From: Escherichia phage SP27
Sequence record: LC494302.1
Strand: one strand, 5' to 3'
Length of the DNA stretch: 64,000 nt
Of the stretch, positions 13,836 to 24,486 are shown piece after piece. The translations under genes were made by a program, and so were the position numbers. Each line of letters begins with the position of its first letter. Within the stretch, counting starts at the first letter, position 1. A model generated the notes under the pieces. It searched no databases, was not told the DNA's origin, and was given only the letters and a program-made list of their open reading frames with translations.

Positions 13836-14789
13836 ATGACCACACTATGGACTGAAAAATATCGCCCACAATCAATGGAAGATTATGTATCAAAAAACGA
13901 TGCACTACGCCAGAAAATGGAAGAATGGATTAAGACTGGTGACATTCCACATATTGGGTTTTTTGGCCCAGCAGGAACTGGTAAAACATCTGCGATCAAA
14001 GTACTAATTAATGGACTAGTTCAAAATGGACACCTTGATCCAAGTGATGTGACCACGCTTAACATGTCCGATGAAGGCATTGATGCTGTTCGTGACAAAA
14101 TCGATGCCGCAGCAAAGCTATCATGTTTTGGTAGATATCGTATTTTTGTTCTTGAAGAAATGGAGCAGATGAACCACAAAGCACAAGGTAGTTTGAAACG
14201 TGTAATGGAAGACTATCATGAAAATGCTCGCTTTATTTTAACAAGTAACGAACCACATAAAATTCAAAAACCTATCATTTCTCGTGTTCAAGTTATTACA
14301 ATCGAAAAGCATGATATGGAACAATTCATGACTCGAATTTATAATATTCTTCTAGCAGAAGGTGTTGATTTGAGTAGTGATGATAGTGTTGAACAAGTTC
14401 AAAAGTACATCAATGCTTCCTATCCTGATTTCCGTAAAACACTAAACGTATTGCAAAGTTCAGTTGTTGATGGTAAGCTAGTAAAACTTGAAGATAGTAT
14501 TGAAAATTCAGCAGGGTATCGTACTGCAATTGTTGAAGCATTAAAGGCAGGCAACATTCGCCAAATGCGTGAACAAATTGTACAAAATATCCCTGATGAT
14601 GAGATGGATGCATTTTTCTCTTACTTGTACAGAAATGCTGAAATGTTCAGTACTGATGAAATCACACTGATGAAGATTAAAGTTAAAATTCGTGATGCAG
14701 TTGTTAAGCAAGCAACAGTATCAGACCGTGAAATGAATCTTAGTGCTTTACTGTGTGAGATTGACCTAATTTGTTCGGGGAACATGTAA
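13836..14789 (+). CDS. clamp-loader AAA+ ATPase subunit (RFC/T4 gp44-like)
   Basis: WTEKYRPQSMEDY...GFFGPAGTGKTS (Walker A)...LNMSDEGIDAVRDKI...FVLEEMEQM...LKRVMEDY...RFILTSNEPHKI..ISR: canonical RFC-box order; start at ATG 13836 after AAGGAAA RBS. Confidence 0.8.
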   Translation: MTTLWTEKYRPQSMEDYVSKNDALRQKMEEWIKTGDIPHIGFFGPAGTGKTSAIKVLINGLVQNGHLDPSDVTTLNMSDEGIDAVRDKIDAAAKLSCFGRYRIFVLEEMEQMNHKAQGSLKRVMEDYHENARFILTSNEPHKIQKPIISRVQVITIEKHDMEQFMTRIYNILLAEGVDLSSDDSVEQVQKYINASYPDFRKTLNVLQSSVVDGKLVKLEDSIENSAGYRTAIVEALKAGNIRQMREQIVQNIPDDEMDAFFSYLYRNAEMFSTDEITLMKIKVKIRDAVVKQATVSDREMNLSALLCEIDLICSGNM

Positions 14790-15415
14790 TGAAACCACGT
14801 TGTATAGTTTTTGATTGTGATGAAGTTCTATTGGACCATATGGGTATGCTTTCTGAGTTTGTAAAACAAACTTATAATATCACACCATCAACACCATACC
14901 CATTAGAATATGATTTATCAGACTGGTTGGGTGTTCCTCAACCTGAAGTTAAAAAGATTCTTGAACAGTTCAACCAACAATCATATTTGTTTGGGTTGTT
15001 AAAGCCAGTCGAACCAAATACAGTTGATATTGTACAAGAGCTACGTGATCGTTTTCATAAAGAAAAATTCGTAGTACTCACAAAATGTGGTAAAAAAGGC
15101 TATGGTGAAGTTTTACGAAATGTAAATCTAATGCGTGAATTTGGTGAAAACTGCTTTGATGAGATTATTATCATAGAAATGAATGAATCAAAGAAAGAAG
15201 CATTAGAGGATTTACAAACACGATATGATGTAAAACTAATGATTGATGATTATATCAATAATATTGAAACTGCTATGGGTCTTGGTATTCCATCAGTTAT
15301 GATGGGATGTTCTCATAATACTATGTATAAGAATCATAGTGGTTTTGAATATATCGAAAACTGGACAGAACTTAGACTGAAAATTTATTCAGTACTAGGT
15401 AAATATTACAAATAA
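14789..15415 (+). CDS. HAD-like hydrolase (putative phosphatase/nucleotidase)
   Basis: N-terminal CIVFDCDEVLLD resembles HAD motif I (hhhDxDxT/V); LMIDDYINN is a possible motif IV; start overlaps the upstream stop (TAATG). Confidence 0.4.
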   Translation: MKPRCIVFDCDEVLLDHMGMLSEFVKQTYNITPSTPYPLEYDLSDWLGVPQPEVKKILEQFNQQSYLFGLLKPVEPNTVDIVQELRDRFHKEKFVVLTKCGKKGYGEVLRNVNLMREFGENCFDEIIIIEMNESKKEALEDLQTRYDVKLMIDDYINNIETAMGLGIPSVMMGCSHNTMYKNHSGFEYIENWTELRLKIYSVLGKYYK

Positions 15416-15426
15416 AACTTTTAAAT

Positions 15427-15449
15427 TGGGGTTTGATTCAAACCCCTTT
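15427..15449 (+). terminator. rho-independent terminator
   Basis: ggggtttga...tcaaacccc plus tttt. Confidence 0.6.
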
Positions 15450-15511
15450 TGTTGTATTTTAAAAGTAGTAAATAGTATTATATGTGCTAGTTTTTAAGGA
15501 TAATATAAAAT

Positions 15512-16075
15512 ATGGACGATTTAGATTATACAGATAATGCTATTCAGCAGTTGTATGATAACAGTGGTATGTTAGATATACTTCTTGCTGTAGAGAAATA
15601 TTTCGATGATAATGATTTATATGCGTATAAAGGAATTATTGAGGGTGAGTTGGTAGAGGGGCCAATTGTAAGTAAGTATTGGTGTACTGTTACATTTAAA
15701 TACTATCGTGAAAATTTTCCCGATCCTACCGCATTCTCTATTTTAGAGAAACATGGAACTAAAGTATATGTTAAAGCTGATTATGAAATAACTCCTATTA
15801 AAGAACCAAATCGTCAAGCTGACATGAAAAGTGTAGCGACACAATCTGGCTCTGTACGTATACCAAAAAATGAAAGAATCCCAGTACTATTGGTTAGAGT
15901 GCAGATTCCACGAAACTTGATTAATCCAGAAAGTTTTGATGAATATAAACTAATGGCAGCAGAATTCAATAGTAATCCAATGAATTCTCCTGAGAATATT
16001 GAAGAACCTGTAACTGGTGATGATGTGGATTTAGATGAAGAAGTAACGGATGAGACACAAGAAGGTGGAATGTAA
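15512..16075 (+). CDS. hypothetical protein
   Basis: 187 aa, acidic C-terminal tail. Confidence 0.5.
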   Translation: MDDLDYTDNAIQQLYDNSGMLDILLAVEKYFDDNDLYAYKGIIEGELVEGPIVSKYWCTVTFKYYRENFPDPTAFSILEKHGTKVYVKADYEITPIKEPNRQADMKSVATQSGSVRIPKNERIPVLLVRVQIPRNLINPESFDEYKLMAAEFNSNPMNSPENIEEPVTGDDVDLDEEVTDETQEGGM

Positions 16076-16755
16076 TGAAAAAGAAATTAAATGAACAAGG
16101 CTTACGTCCGCAAGTTCTCAAAGATTTGATTCATCCTATCATTAGTGTTGATGAATATACTCCTAAAATTGAAGATAGTAATATTGTTATTATGTTTCAG
16201 GTACTTAACAATTTTGATGCAGCATATGATTTATCTTCTTTTATTGAAAAATCACCTATTGATGTAGCTGATACAGAAGCAGCAGAAACACCAAATTTAG
16301 ATGGTCGATATCAAGTTTATGTTGAAATGGAACGAAATGCTGAATTCCCTGAAAAACTTTTACGTTTAATTAAAACTATTGAAAATATTTGTCCAGACCC
16401 AGGTTGGAAAATACAACTATATGGTGTTAATGACCCAATCGATGTTGATTTTGAAGAAATACAGCAGAGAATTGATTTGGGTATTCCTAGTTCAATTAGT
16501 GAGTTCCTTGATTATGCTGGTGTTTCAGTAATCAAAGAAGGAAACATGTTGACATTAAAAACAGCATATGGTAAATTACATTACAGTACTGGAAGCGGTT
16601 TTGTTTCAGAAACATATGTGAAAAAGTTATTAAAGAATGATACACAATTAGACACTTCGCGTCTTAGTTCCATACTAGGGGAAAGCTATACAGTACTACG
16701 AAGTGGTGATCAATATGTAATTGGAAGAAACGGGAAATATTTGGTGTTGCGATGA
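16075..16755 (+). CDS. hypothetical protein
   Basis: 226 aa ORF with ATGA overlap coupling. Confidence 0.5.
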   Translation: MKKKLNEQGLRPQVLKDLIHPIISVDEYTPKIEDSNIVIMFQVLNNFDAAYDLSSFIEKSPIDVADTEAAETPNLDGRYQVYVEMERNAEFPEKLLRLIKTIENICPDPGWKIQLYGVNDPIDVDFEEIQQRIDLGIPSSISEFLDYAGVSVIKEGNMLTLKTAYGKLHYSTGSGFVSETYVKKLLKNDTQLDTSRLSSILGESYTVLRSGDQYVIGRNGKYLVLR

Positions 16756-17570
16756 GAATTTTAAATATGCTTAAATCTCTTCACGAAACAACCAAATTAC
16801 ATCAGGATGAAAAGTATCGTCGCAGCCTTACTAAAGATTTAGCATGTCGTATGTATATGCGTAGATTTGAAATTTCAAGAATTGGTAAAGGCTGGGATGA
16901 TGTAAATCGTGAAGACATTGATCCAGATGCAATTTTTAAAGCATACATGGCTAGAAAAGTTTTCATAAATGAAAAAACTTTTTATATTGATAGTGATAGA
17001 GAATTAGAAAATAAATTTACAAAAGGTTTATGGAAGATATGGTGTGTTGAAGTATTCGGTGAAGTATTACCTGAGCCACCTGTTCCAGAAACTTATAAAG
17101 ATTTAAAAAGTATTTTTGATAATGAACATATACATTCAAATTTCTCATTATATGATACTGTGTCAGAAGCTGTATTTTATGGTGAGTTACATGGTCATAA
17201 CAAATACTTTGATAGTATGGTTAGTTTTGATTTGTTTTGTCACTTGCCTGGTGTATCAAGTTGGACATGTGACCAACACAGAGCAAGTAAGATTGATAAG
17301 CGAAAATTCTCGGCCCAAAGATTTATGCAAGTTGCTATGAGTATGTATAAACTTGATTATCTTGGTTGTCCAGAACCATATAAACATTTTTGGAAAGAAA
17401 GAGCACAAAAATGTTTAAACTATTGTATAATCCGTTTAATGGACACATACATTCTTAAGTTTAGAAATGCAACTGTATACGACATGCCTGAACCACCAAA
17501 GAATGAAAAATATCCACCTGTCAAGACATTTGTATGGTACAAGGATAAAAGTAACAAAAGGATGCACTAA
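16752..17570 (+). CDS. hypothetical protein
   Basis: 272 aa ORF; terminator hairpin overlaps its stop. Confidence 0.5.
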   Translation: MRILNMLKSLHETTKLHQDEKYRRSLTKDLACRMYMRRFEISRIGKGWDDVNREDIDPDAIFKAYMARKVFINEKTFYIDSDRELENKFTKGLWKIWCVEVFGEVLPEPPVPETYKDLKSIFDNEHIHSNFSLYDTVSEAVFYGELHGHNKYFDSMVSFDLFCHLPGVSSWTCDQHRASKIDKRKFSAQRFMQVAMSMYKLDYLGCPEPYKHFWKERAQKCLNYCIIRLMDTYILKFRNATVYDMPEPPKNEKYPPVKTFVWYKDKSNKRMH

Positions 17571-17586
17571 GGTGCGTCCTTTTTTC
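17560..17586 (+). terminator. rho-independent terminator
   Basis: ggatgcac taag gtgcgtcc plus ttttttc. Confidence 0.55.
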
Positions 17587-17596
17587 TTTTCAGGTG

Positions 17597-17625
17597 TTGA
17601 CATGTGTAGTCGAAGTATGTACAAT
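17597..17625 (+). promoter_or_regulatory. sigma70-like promoter (TTGACA-N17-TACAAT)
   Basis: ttgacatgtgtagtcgaagtatgtacaat. Confidence 0.5.
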
Positions 17626-17666
17626 ATCACCATAGCGTAAATTTTAATTGATTATGAGGTTTTATA

Positions 17667-18794
17667 ATGAAAGGTAAATATTTTTTCATTGAAAATGGCA
17701 AAGAAGTTGAGATTCAAGAATTTAACTATAATTATGTACTGAACTCTTTATTGAAACAATATGACCGTTCATCAAACAAAAAATACATTTACAATGTAAT
17801 TGTACGTCGCACCTATGACTCGCTGGGTAATCCGTTATTTGATGTAAAAACTCTGTCATTAGATGAAATCTATTTTGATAATAAACGTCTGAAAGTTCTT
17901 GATTTAATGAAGGATAAAATTCATTTTAGTAATATTAGAATTGATCCTAACATGCCAGTACCGCCATTAGAGCGTGAATATCGTGAATGGAAAGACGGTC
18001 GTGCCAAACCACGTTTAGACTTGGTACAAACATCACCAGATGTACCTGCACCTATTGTTCTTAAGAAAAAACCTATCAACCCAGACGATAGCAGAATTGA
18101 TGACATTGAAAGATGGGTTGAATTCCCTAGTACTATTGAAAAGAATTCAGTAAAAGTACTAGACTGGTTTGTAAACTTACCAGTTTGTGCACAAGAAATT
18201 GGAACTAAGATTCAACAAATTTCAGAACGTCAATTGGATCTTAACTCAGCATTACAACAGCATAGTGATTATATTAGAATGCTTATGAATAACCTTACTG
18301 TTGCGTTGGAGACGTTGTTCCCATTGAAGCCGACCTTTACACAGAAATTGTTTGGTAAAACTGATATCAAAGTGCAACCATCAGATTTGCCAAAAGTGAT
18401 GAAAGCACTAAATGAAGCAGTTAAGTATGACACTAATAAGTTTAGTGGTCTTAGTACGATGTTTTCAGAACTTAGAAACGAAGTTAATGAAATCAAAAAT
18501 GAACTTGAATATGGTAAGTTGGGTTGTGAATACGCACTACGTTGTGTGGATGATGCGTTTGAATATGAATTAACATTAGAACGTATTATGAAAATGGGAA
18601 TCACCACCTCCATGACTGAAACGAGCATTATTGCAACAAGTAAGCAATATCAAGTTGATATGAATCGTATGGTAGATATTCAAACTATTACTATTCCTTT
18701 GATTATCAATCGTTTACAATCACAGACAGGTAAAGCTGTGGATGAGAGTACTGTAGAAATTATTCGTAATCTGGCATATGGTAACAAAGAGTAA
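17667..18794 (+). CDS. hypothetical protein
   Basis: 375 aa ORF downstream of promoter 17597-17625. Confidence 0.5.
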   Translation: MKGKYFFIENGKEVEIQEFNYNYVLNSLLKQYDRSSNKKYIYNVIVRRTYDSLGNPLFDVKTLSLDEIYFDNKRLKVLDLMKDKIHFSNIRIDPNMPVPPLEREYREWKDGRAKPRLDLVQTSPDVPAPIVLKKKPINPDDSRIDDIERWVEFPSTIEKNSVKVLDWFVNLPVCAQEIGTKIQQISERQLDLNSALQQHSDYIRMLMNNLTVALETLFPLKPTFTQKLFGKTDIKVQPSDLPKVMKALNEAVKYDTNKFSGLSTMFSELRNEVNEIKNELEYGKLGCEYALRCVDDAFEYELTLERIMKMGITTSMTETSIIATSKQYQVDMNRMVDIQTITIPLIINRLQSQTGKAVDESTVEIIRNLAYGNKE

Positions 18795-18802
18795 AAAAAT
18801 AC

Positions 18803-18831
18803 TTGACTATCATACGTGCTGCCCGTATAAT
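18803..18831 (+). promoter_or_regulatory. sigma70-like promoter (TTGACT-N17-TATAAT)
   Basis: ttgactatcatacgtgctgcccgtataat. Confidence 0.55.
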
Positions 18832-18879
18832 GTTTATCACAGAGCAGCACATCATATTAAATTAAACGAGGAATACTAA

Positions 18880-20016
18880 ATGTCCGAGAAAGAAATCAAT
18901 CCTAAAAAAGCATCCACCGCAGCTAAATCAGCAAAACGCACTACTAAAACTGCGTCTAAAGGTCATACAATTGATGCAAGTGATATTTTTAACCAAACTA
19001 CAAAATCACTACCAGTACTGAAAGATGTTAAGGGAAATACTATGTCTCTAACAGTTCAAAACATCAATACTGTTGGTACAACTGCTGGTGCTGCTGTTGG
19101 GCGTTTGGCTGATGAAATTATGTCTAAAGTTAATGTAACGGATGACAATACCGAGTTTGGTAAATCAATCACCACAATTCTTACGTTGACTCGTGCAGTT
19201 GATATTGACAGTCTTCAAGAAGATAAATCAATTGTTGGTCGTATTAAGAAATTCTTTGTTAATGCTCAACAGAAAGTAGGTGATCAGTACAAAAACAGTA
19301 AAGAGCAAATTGACGAAATTATGAAAACTCTTCAAACTGGTATTAATCGCCAGCACGGAGAATGTGAATGGCTTGATAAAGCATATAATGAAAACAAAGA
19401 ATATTTGTTTGAATTACGTGATACATTAGTTGGTTTAGAAGAAGTAACTAAAACACAAGATGCATTATTATTAGAAATGCAAGCAGACAAAAATGTAGAC
19501 TCTTTTGCTATTCAAGAGCAAAAGATGATTTGTGAAGCACTTTCTAAACAAGAAGATAAGATTCGTCGTCTTATCATGATGTGCGAGCTAAGTGGTCCAC
19601 GTTTGATGAGTATGAAAAAGGTAAACTTGAACACTGTTTCTAAGTTTGAAGATTTAAAATCTGTTGTTATTCCAGCATGGAAGTCTCAATTGGCTGAACA
19701 GTTAATTTCCGAGCGTCAACGTAAGGATAATGAACTAGGCAATCTAATTGATAATGAGACAAACCGTCTTTTGGAAACTAACTCTAAAATGGTTGCAGCA
19801 AATATGTTGGACGCAGCAAAGGCAAACAACCGTGGTATTGTGGATATTAAAACCTTGCGTAATGTACATAAAACGATGATTGACAGTATTGAAGCAGTTA
19901 TTGAAGAAGAGAAAAAAGGCAAATTGGAACGTGAACGTGCTAAACAGGAAATTGCACAACTTTCCTATGAACTGGAAGACACTCTTCGTGAAATTGCCGA
20001 AAAAGCTAACAAGTAA
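18880..20016 (+). CDS. hypothetical protein (basic N-terminus, coiled-coil-like)
   Basis: 378 aa; N-terminal KKASTAAKSAKRTTKTASKG, Lys/Glu-rich C-terminus. Confidence 0.5.
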   Translation: MSEKEINPKKASTAAKSAKRTTKTASKGHTIDASDIFNQTTKSLPVLKDVKGNTMSLTVQNINTVGTTAGAAVGRLADEIMSKVNVTDDNTEFGKSITTILTLTRAVDIDSLQEDKSIVGRIKKFFVNAQQKVGDQYKNSKEQIDEIMKTLQTGINRQHGECEWLDKAYNENKEYLFELRDTLVGLEEVTKTQDALLLEMQADKNVDSFAIQEQKMICEALSKQEDKIRRLIMMCELSGPRLMSMKKVNLNTVSKFEDLKSVVIPAWKSQLAEQLISERQRKDNELGNLIDNETNRLLETNSKMVAANMLDAAKANNRGIVDIKTLRNVHKTMIDSIEAVIEEEKKGKLERERAKQEIAQLSYELEDTLREIAEKANK

Positions 20017-20019
20017 TAG

Positions 20020-20048
20020 TTGACATATGAGTGCGTTTTTAATATAAT
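20020..20048 (+). promoter_or_regulatory. sigma70-like promoter (TTGACA-N17-TATAAT), embedded in terminator hairpin
   Basis: ttgacatatgagtgcgtttttaatataat. Confidence 0.45.
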
Positions 20049-20071
20049 CTTATTGAAAACGCACTCTTTTT
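20029..20071 (+). terminator. terminator hairpin enclosing a promoter -10
   Basis: gagtgcgtttt...aaaacgcactc plus ttttt. Confidence 0.45.
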
Positions 20072-20095
20072 AATGTACAGATAAGGAACTAACTT

Positions 20096-20785
20096 ATGAA
20101 ACGTCGTCATATTAGTGTTGATATTGAAGCTCTTGGAACACCTGAACTTTCCGGTTATGATATTATTATCCCAAATTACGCAGCAGTAGTAGTTCCAAGT
20201 AAACCTGAAAATGACATTCGTCAGTTCTTATATATTAAATTACCATACCAGGATCAAGTTGCTACTGGTTTAAAATCAGACGCAGGTGCAATGGATTTTT
20301 GGATGAATACATGTCAGAAAGAATACCCTAATGCATATGCTGAAGTTGCCAGTACTATGAAACTCAAAGCACCTGAACTGTATGGACCGAATGGTCAATC
20401 ACGACGATTTTTTGCATACAGTAGTATTGTTGATTTCTGGAAAGAATTACGTTACAATGATTATGGTGAAGAAGTTCCTCATTCAGTCTGGGGTAACGGA
20501 TGTAACTTCGATTGTAGCATTTTACAAGCAAACCATTTAAAACTAATGAACGCTGGTGAGTTGTGGAAGTATGATGCACCTGAAAATGCACGCACATTGA
20601 AACGTTTATTGAATGAAGAAGCTCGTATTGAAATGGATGAAATCGTTTCGGTACAGTTGGATAAATTTATCACATATGCAAATACGTGTGGGATTAATGG
20701 GTTGGAGTTACATCATCCACTATTTGATGCAGCACGTGAAGCAATCCAGATTTCATTCTGTCTAAACAAGCTTAAAATGGATTAA
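20096..20785 (+). CDS. DEDDh-type 3'-5' exonuclease (T4 DexA-like)
   Basis: 229 aa; ISVDIEALG (Exo I D-x-E) near N-terminus and HHPLFDAAREA (H-x4-D) near C-terminus. Confidence 0.45.
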   Translation: MKRRHISVDIEALGTPELSGYDIIIPNYAAVVVPSKPENDIRQFLYIKLPYQDQVATGLKSDAGAMDFWMNTCQKEYPNAYAEVASTMKLKAPELYGPNGQSRRFFAYSSIVDFWKELRYNDYGEEVPHSVWGNGCNFDCSILQANHLKLMNAGELWKYDAPENARTLKRLLNEEARIEMDEIVSVQLDKFITYANTCGINGLELHHPLFDAAREAIQISFCLNKLKMD

Positions 20786-20788
20786 TAC

Positions 20789-21883
20789 ATGAATTTCATT
20801 ATTCTGTTAATACCTGCTCTTATCGTTGTATTCGTTATGAAATACATGTACGATAAGCATATCAGTACTAAAGAACTATTGATTCATATTGGTTGTTGTC
20901 TGGTTGGTGCGGCTCTTGTTCTTGGTATTTCATACGCAATCAACTATAGCCAGCTTTATGATGTTGAGATTCTGAATGGTCAAGTAACTTCAAAATACAG
21001 CCACAAAGAATATTGCACACAATCTAGTTCATGTAAGCACTATACATGGCATGAGAAGTGCCATACGCGATATGATAGTAAAGGTAAATCACATCGTGAG
21101 TGTGAATCATATAAGGTTTTTGATTACTCATATGAAGTTGATTGGTATGTGAAAAGTACAGTAGGTGAGTTTGAGATTGAACGTGTGAACCGTCAAGGTA
21201 CAATGACACCACCACGTTGGCAGCAAGTTATTATTGGTGACTATGCCGCAGCAGAGAGTTCATATATCAACTATCTATTTGCTGATAAGAACTCATTGTT
21301 TAGTCCTGAAGAACTACACAACATGTATGATGAAAAGTATCTTAGTACTATTCCAGAATACCCAAGTGTAGTTGATTATTACAAAACACATCACGTAATT
21401 AACACTACAAATTACAACGTTGATGGTTACGATGAATACCTTCGTAATGAGCTAAAAACGATGGGTGCACGAAAGCAGGTAAACATCCAAGTACTAGTTT
21501 ATGATTACAAAGATGTTGATTTTGTTGATGCTACCCTTGCATCGTGGCGTGGTGGTAAGAAGAATGATGTTATTATGTTCTTTGGTATTGACAATGATGG
21601 TAACGTTGTAAAATTTTACAGTACATCATTTGCACAAGGAATGAAGAATGAAGAGTTACATGCAAAGATGCGTATTGATGCATTAAATGAAAAATTAACT
21701 CTTGACTTACTAGTTAAAGAAGTACATAATATTGACAAACATTTTGAGAGACTCTCTAATAAAGAGTTTGAGTACTTGTCAGTAAAAATGGAACCTAGAA
21801 AAGATGTTCTTATCGGTGCTTCCATTGTGTTGTTGATTCTGTCTATTTTCATTGGCCTTTATATGAGGGATAACGATTTATGA
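20789..21883 (+). CDS. membrane protein (N- and C-terminal TM segments)
   Basis: 364 aa; hydrophobic stretches ILLIPALIVVFVM and IGASIVLLILSIFIGL. Confidence 0.5.
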   Translation: MNFIILLIPALIVVFVMKYMYDKHISTKELLIHIGCCLVGAALVLGISYAINYSQLYDVEILNGQVTSKYSHKEYCTQSSSCKHYTWHEKCHTRYDSKGKSHRECESYKVFDYSYEVDWYVKSTVGEFEIERVNRQGTMTPPRWQQVIIGDYAAAESSYINYLFADKNSLFSPEELHNMYDEKYLSTIPEYPSVVDYYKTHHVINTTNYNVDGYDEYLRNELKTMGARKQVNIQVLVYDYKDVDFVDATLASWRGGKKNDVIMFFGIDNDGNVVKFYSTSFAQGMKNEELHAKMRIDALNEKLTLDLLVKEVHNIDKHFERLSNKEFEYLSVKMEPRKDVLIGASIVLLILSIFIGLYMRDNDL

Positions 21884-22434
21884 ATGGTAAACTCCTTGCG
21901 TTAATTGGTATTTTGGTAGTTATCGTACTAATGGTGTTTGGTTCTATTAGTATGTATGTTGGTGCACATGATCGTGCAGTTGAGTTTGAAGGAAACATTA
22001 AAAAGTATTATGATGCATCAGAAAGTCAACTTAGCAATTATACTCTTACTATTCAAGATAAGGTTCAAGTAGCCGATAAGTATAAAGATGCGTTGAAAGA
22101 AACGATTGAATCATACTTTAAAGGGCGTGAAGGTGTTGACCAGAAGTTTGTAATGTCACAGATTCAACAACAGGTTCCAAATCTTGATCCTAAAATTTAT
22201 CAGGAATTGATGGTGACAATTGAAACAGGACGTACAAAGTTCAACAATCTTCAGAAAATGAAAATTGACCAGTGTACTGATTATGCTAAGTTCCGCAAAG
22301 GCTTCTGGAATTCCAAAATTCTTGATTCGAATACGTTTCCAAGTGAAAATATTGAACACCTTTGTACAGTAGTATCTGATACACGTACCAAGAAAGCAAT
22401 GGATACTGGTATTCAAGAATCAATTAAACTATAA
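21880..22434 (+). CDS. membrane-anchored protein
   Basis: 184 aa; N-terminal LLALIGILVVIVLMVFG TM helix. Confidence 0.5.
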   Translation: MNGKLLALIGILVVIVLMVFGSISMYVGAHDRAVEFEGNIKKYYDASESQLSNYTLTIQDKVQVADKYKDALKETIESYFKGREGVDQKFVMSQIQQQVPNLDPKIYQELMVTIETGRTKFNNLQKMKIDQCTDYAKFRKGFWNSKILDSNTFPSENIEHLCTVVSDTRTKKAMDTGIQESIKL

Positions 22435-22443
22435 TTAAATGTT

Positions 22444-22468
22444 GGGAGTACTTTGTACTCCCCCTTTT
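22444..22468 (+). terminator. rho-independent terminator
   Basis: gggagta...tactccc plus cctttt. Confidence 0.6.
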
Positions 22469-22482
22469 CTATGGGGTGTACT

Positions 22483-23070
22483 ATGTTTTTAAAAAATACT
22501 TATGAATTAATTAAAATGCTTCAAAATATGAATTCCGGTGGCTTGTTTCCCTATTACTCTGAGGATGAAACTCATCGTTTAGTCCTTAAATTGGATGAAA
22601 CTGGACGTATTATATCACTAAGAACAACAGTCCCCAGTGTAGAACCAGTAATTACCAAATCAACTCAAAATTCAGGAACTGCTGTTAAAACACCACAAAC
22701 ATACAACTCTAATTACCAACAACCACAAATGTACACGATTAGCACTCCACCTATTAAACGAGTTGCTTGTATTGTGAATATAAAAGTATCTAAGGACTAT
22801 CGCGACTTAATATCAGTTGAATGGTCAGAACTAACATCATCATTAGCAACAAATGGATTTGTAGTAACAAATACAGGTCTAGCACAAAATGTGAAAGAAG
22901 GACAACAGATCATGAGTGCATTGTATCTTAGTAATGGTTGTGTTATCATCAATGGTAAGTTGTATAGCGATGCCGACCCCACTGCATTCACTGAAGATTT
23001 GATTGGTGATAAAGAATACAGCATTCTTGAAATTATGAATTTGAAAAAGGTATATGAAAACCATGACTAG
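22483..23070 (+). CDS. hypothetical protein
   Basis: ORF; ATG at 22483 chosen because the upstream in-frame codons lie inside the terminator hairpin. Confidence 0.45.
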   Translation: MFLKNTYELIKMLQNMNSGGLFPYYSEDETHRLVLKLDETGRIISLRTTVPSVEPVITKSTQNSGTAVKTPQTYNSNYQQPQMYTISTPPIKRVACIVNIKVSKDYRDLISVEWSELTSSLATNGFVVTNTGLAQNVKEGQQIMSALYLSNGCVIINGKLYSDADPTAFTEDLIGDKEYSILEIMNLKKVYENHD

Positions 23071-23635
23071 ATTTCATCAAGATGATTTGCCATTTATACA
23101 AGAACTAGAAGAACTGGTGATAAGTATTATGGATGAAATTAGTACTTGGGATATAACAGTTTTTCGAAATGTATATGATAAAGTGGTGAATTTTAAAAAT
23201 GTTAATATTGAAGTAAAACATAATAATTTTTACTTAACAAAACAATTCATTCTAACTCGACCAGGATCAAAGCCAGTTAAACGTAATTTATCATTCGGAC
23301 ACCTGATTGGTGCAGAAAATGTACATGATGAATGGGTTGATTCAATCTATTCGTATACAAAAGAACTTATTCCTGATATTGAGAAAAAATATTATCTTAG
23401 TATCACATTAGATGAAAACGGTAATCTTAATGCATATTCAATAAATTCTTCTTCAAATGTTCCATTACATTCAGTGACGATTGGTGATAAAAAAATGCTA
23501 ATAAATTCTGAAACATGGTATAATAGAGAAAATTTCGCAGCAGAATCATTTCAGTACTCAGTATCTGAACCAAAGTCACCTTTTGATTTAGTGTTTGTTA
23601 ATAATATTATTTTACGTTTTGGTGTAGGAGTGTAA
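23054..23635 (+). CDS. hypothetical protein
   Basis: 193 aa ORF. Confidence 0.5.
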   Translation: MKTMTRFHQDDLPFIQELEELVISIMDEISTWDITVFRNVYDKVVNFKNVNIEVKHNNFYLTKQFILTRPGSKPVKRNLSFGHLIGAENVHDEWVDSIYSYTKELIPDIEKKYYLSITLDENGNLNAYSINSSSNVPLHSVTIGDKKMLINSETWYNRENFAAESFQYSVSEPKSPFDLVFVNNIILRFGVGV

Positions 23636-23638
23636 TTT

Positions 23639-23992
23639 ATGCTAATTTATTTAAGTGTTATTGTAATTTCATTACTGGTATCATTCGCTGTTCTTAAAAT
23701 TGTTGCTATTTGTAGAAGTAAGATTGATAGTTCTGAAACTAGTTCAGTACTTGACTTGATTATGGACCATCCTAAAATCTGTGGTATTATTGTATTATTC
23801 GTTGTACTGATTAATACATATATTGTCAGGGAACATTTATATAATATGTATGATTGTAGTGTGCGTTCTATTTCACAAGGTGTTGAAACAGACTATAGTT
23901 GGTACTATGAGAAATGTCGATTTAAAAACCAGCATGGTATTTGGGTTGATTTTGATAAACTACGTGGAACACCTTCAGGAGAAGAAGAATAA
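23639..23992 (+). CDS. membrane protein
   Basis: 117 aa with two hydrophobic helices. Confidence 0.45.
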   Translation: MLIYLSVIVISLLVSFAVLKIVAICRSKIDSSETSSVLDLIMDHPKICGIIVLFVVLINTYIVREHLYNMYDCSVRSISQGVETDYSWYYEKCRFKNQHGIWVDFDKLRGTPSGEEE

Positions 23993-23994
23993 TT

Positions 23995-24486
23995 ATGTTT
24001 GAATTCCCAGAAGAGTCATTTAACTTCATTGACCCTACTGATGATGGATACCGACATATTAACATTTATAGTAAAGCCAGAACGAAGTTAGGTAGAGATC
24101 TATCTAACTTTTCTTCGCATAGCTTCACACTTGAACCATATGGTTGGTTCCCTTCAGTTGAAACATTTTACTTTTGGTTTTTAACTGGGCAAAAACATGA
24201 TGACCTTAGAAAAGTATCTGGTGCAGCAGCAAAAGCAGCCGCTAACAAATATATGCATGATCGAATTGAAATGACGGATGATTGTATTTCTATTATTCAA
24301 GATGCTATTTGTGCTAAAATAATTCAAAATCCAGAGTTAGCCGAAAGATTAAGAAAAAGCAAGTTGCCTTTTTACCATTACTATGTATATGGTGGTAAAG
24401 TTGTAGATGTATCCGACGAACATGATTGGTTTGTTAAAACATTCGAATATATAAGAACTGTGTTAAAGGAAAACTATGATGGGTAA
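23995..24486 (+). CDS. hypothetical protein
   Basis: 163 aa ORF. Confidence 0.5.
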   Translation: MFEFPEESFNFIDPTDDGYRHINIYSKARTKLGRDLSNFSSHSFTLEPYGWFPSVETFYFWFLTGQKHDDLRKVSGAAAKAAANKYMHDRIEMTDDCISIIQDAICAKIIQNPELAERLRKSKLPFYHYYVYGGKVVDVSDEHDWFVKTFEYIRTVLKENYDG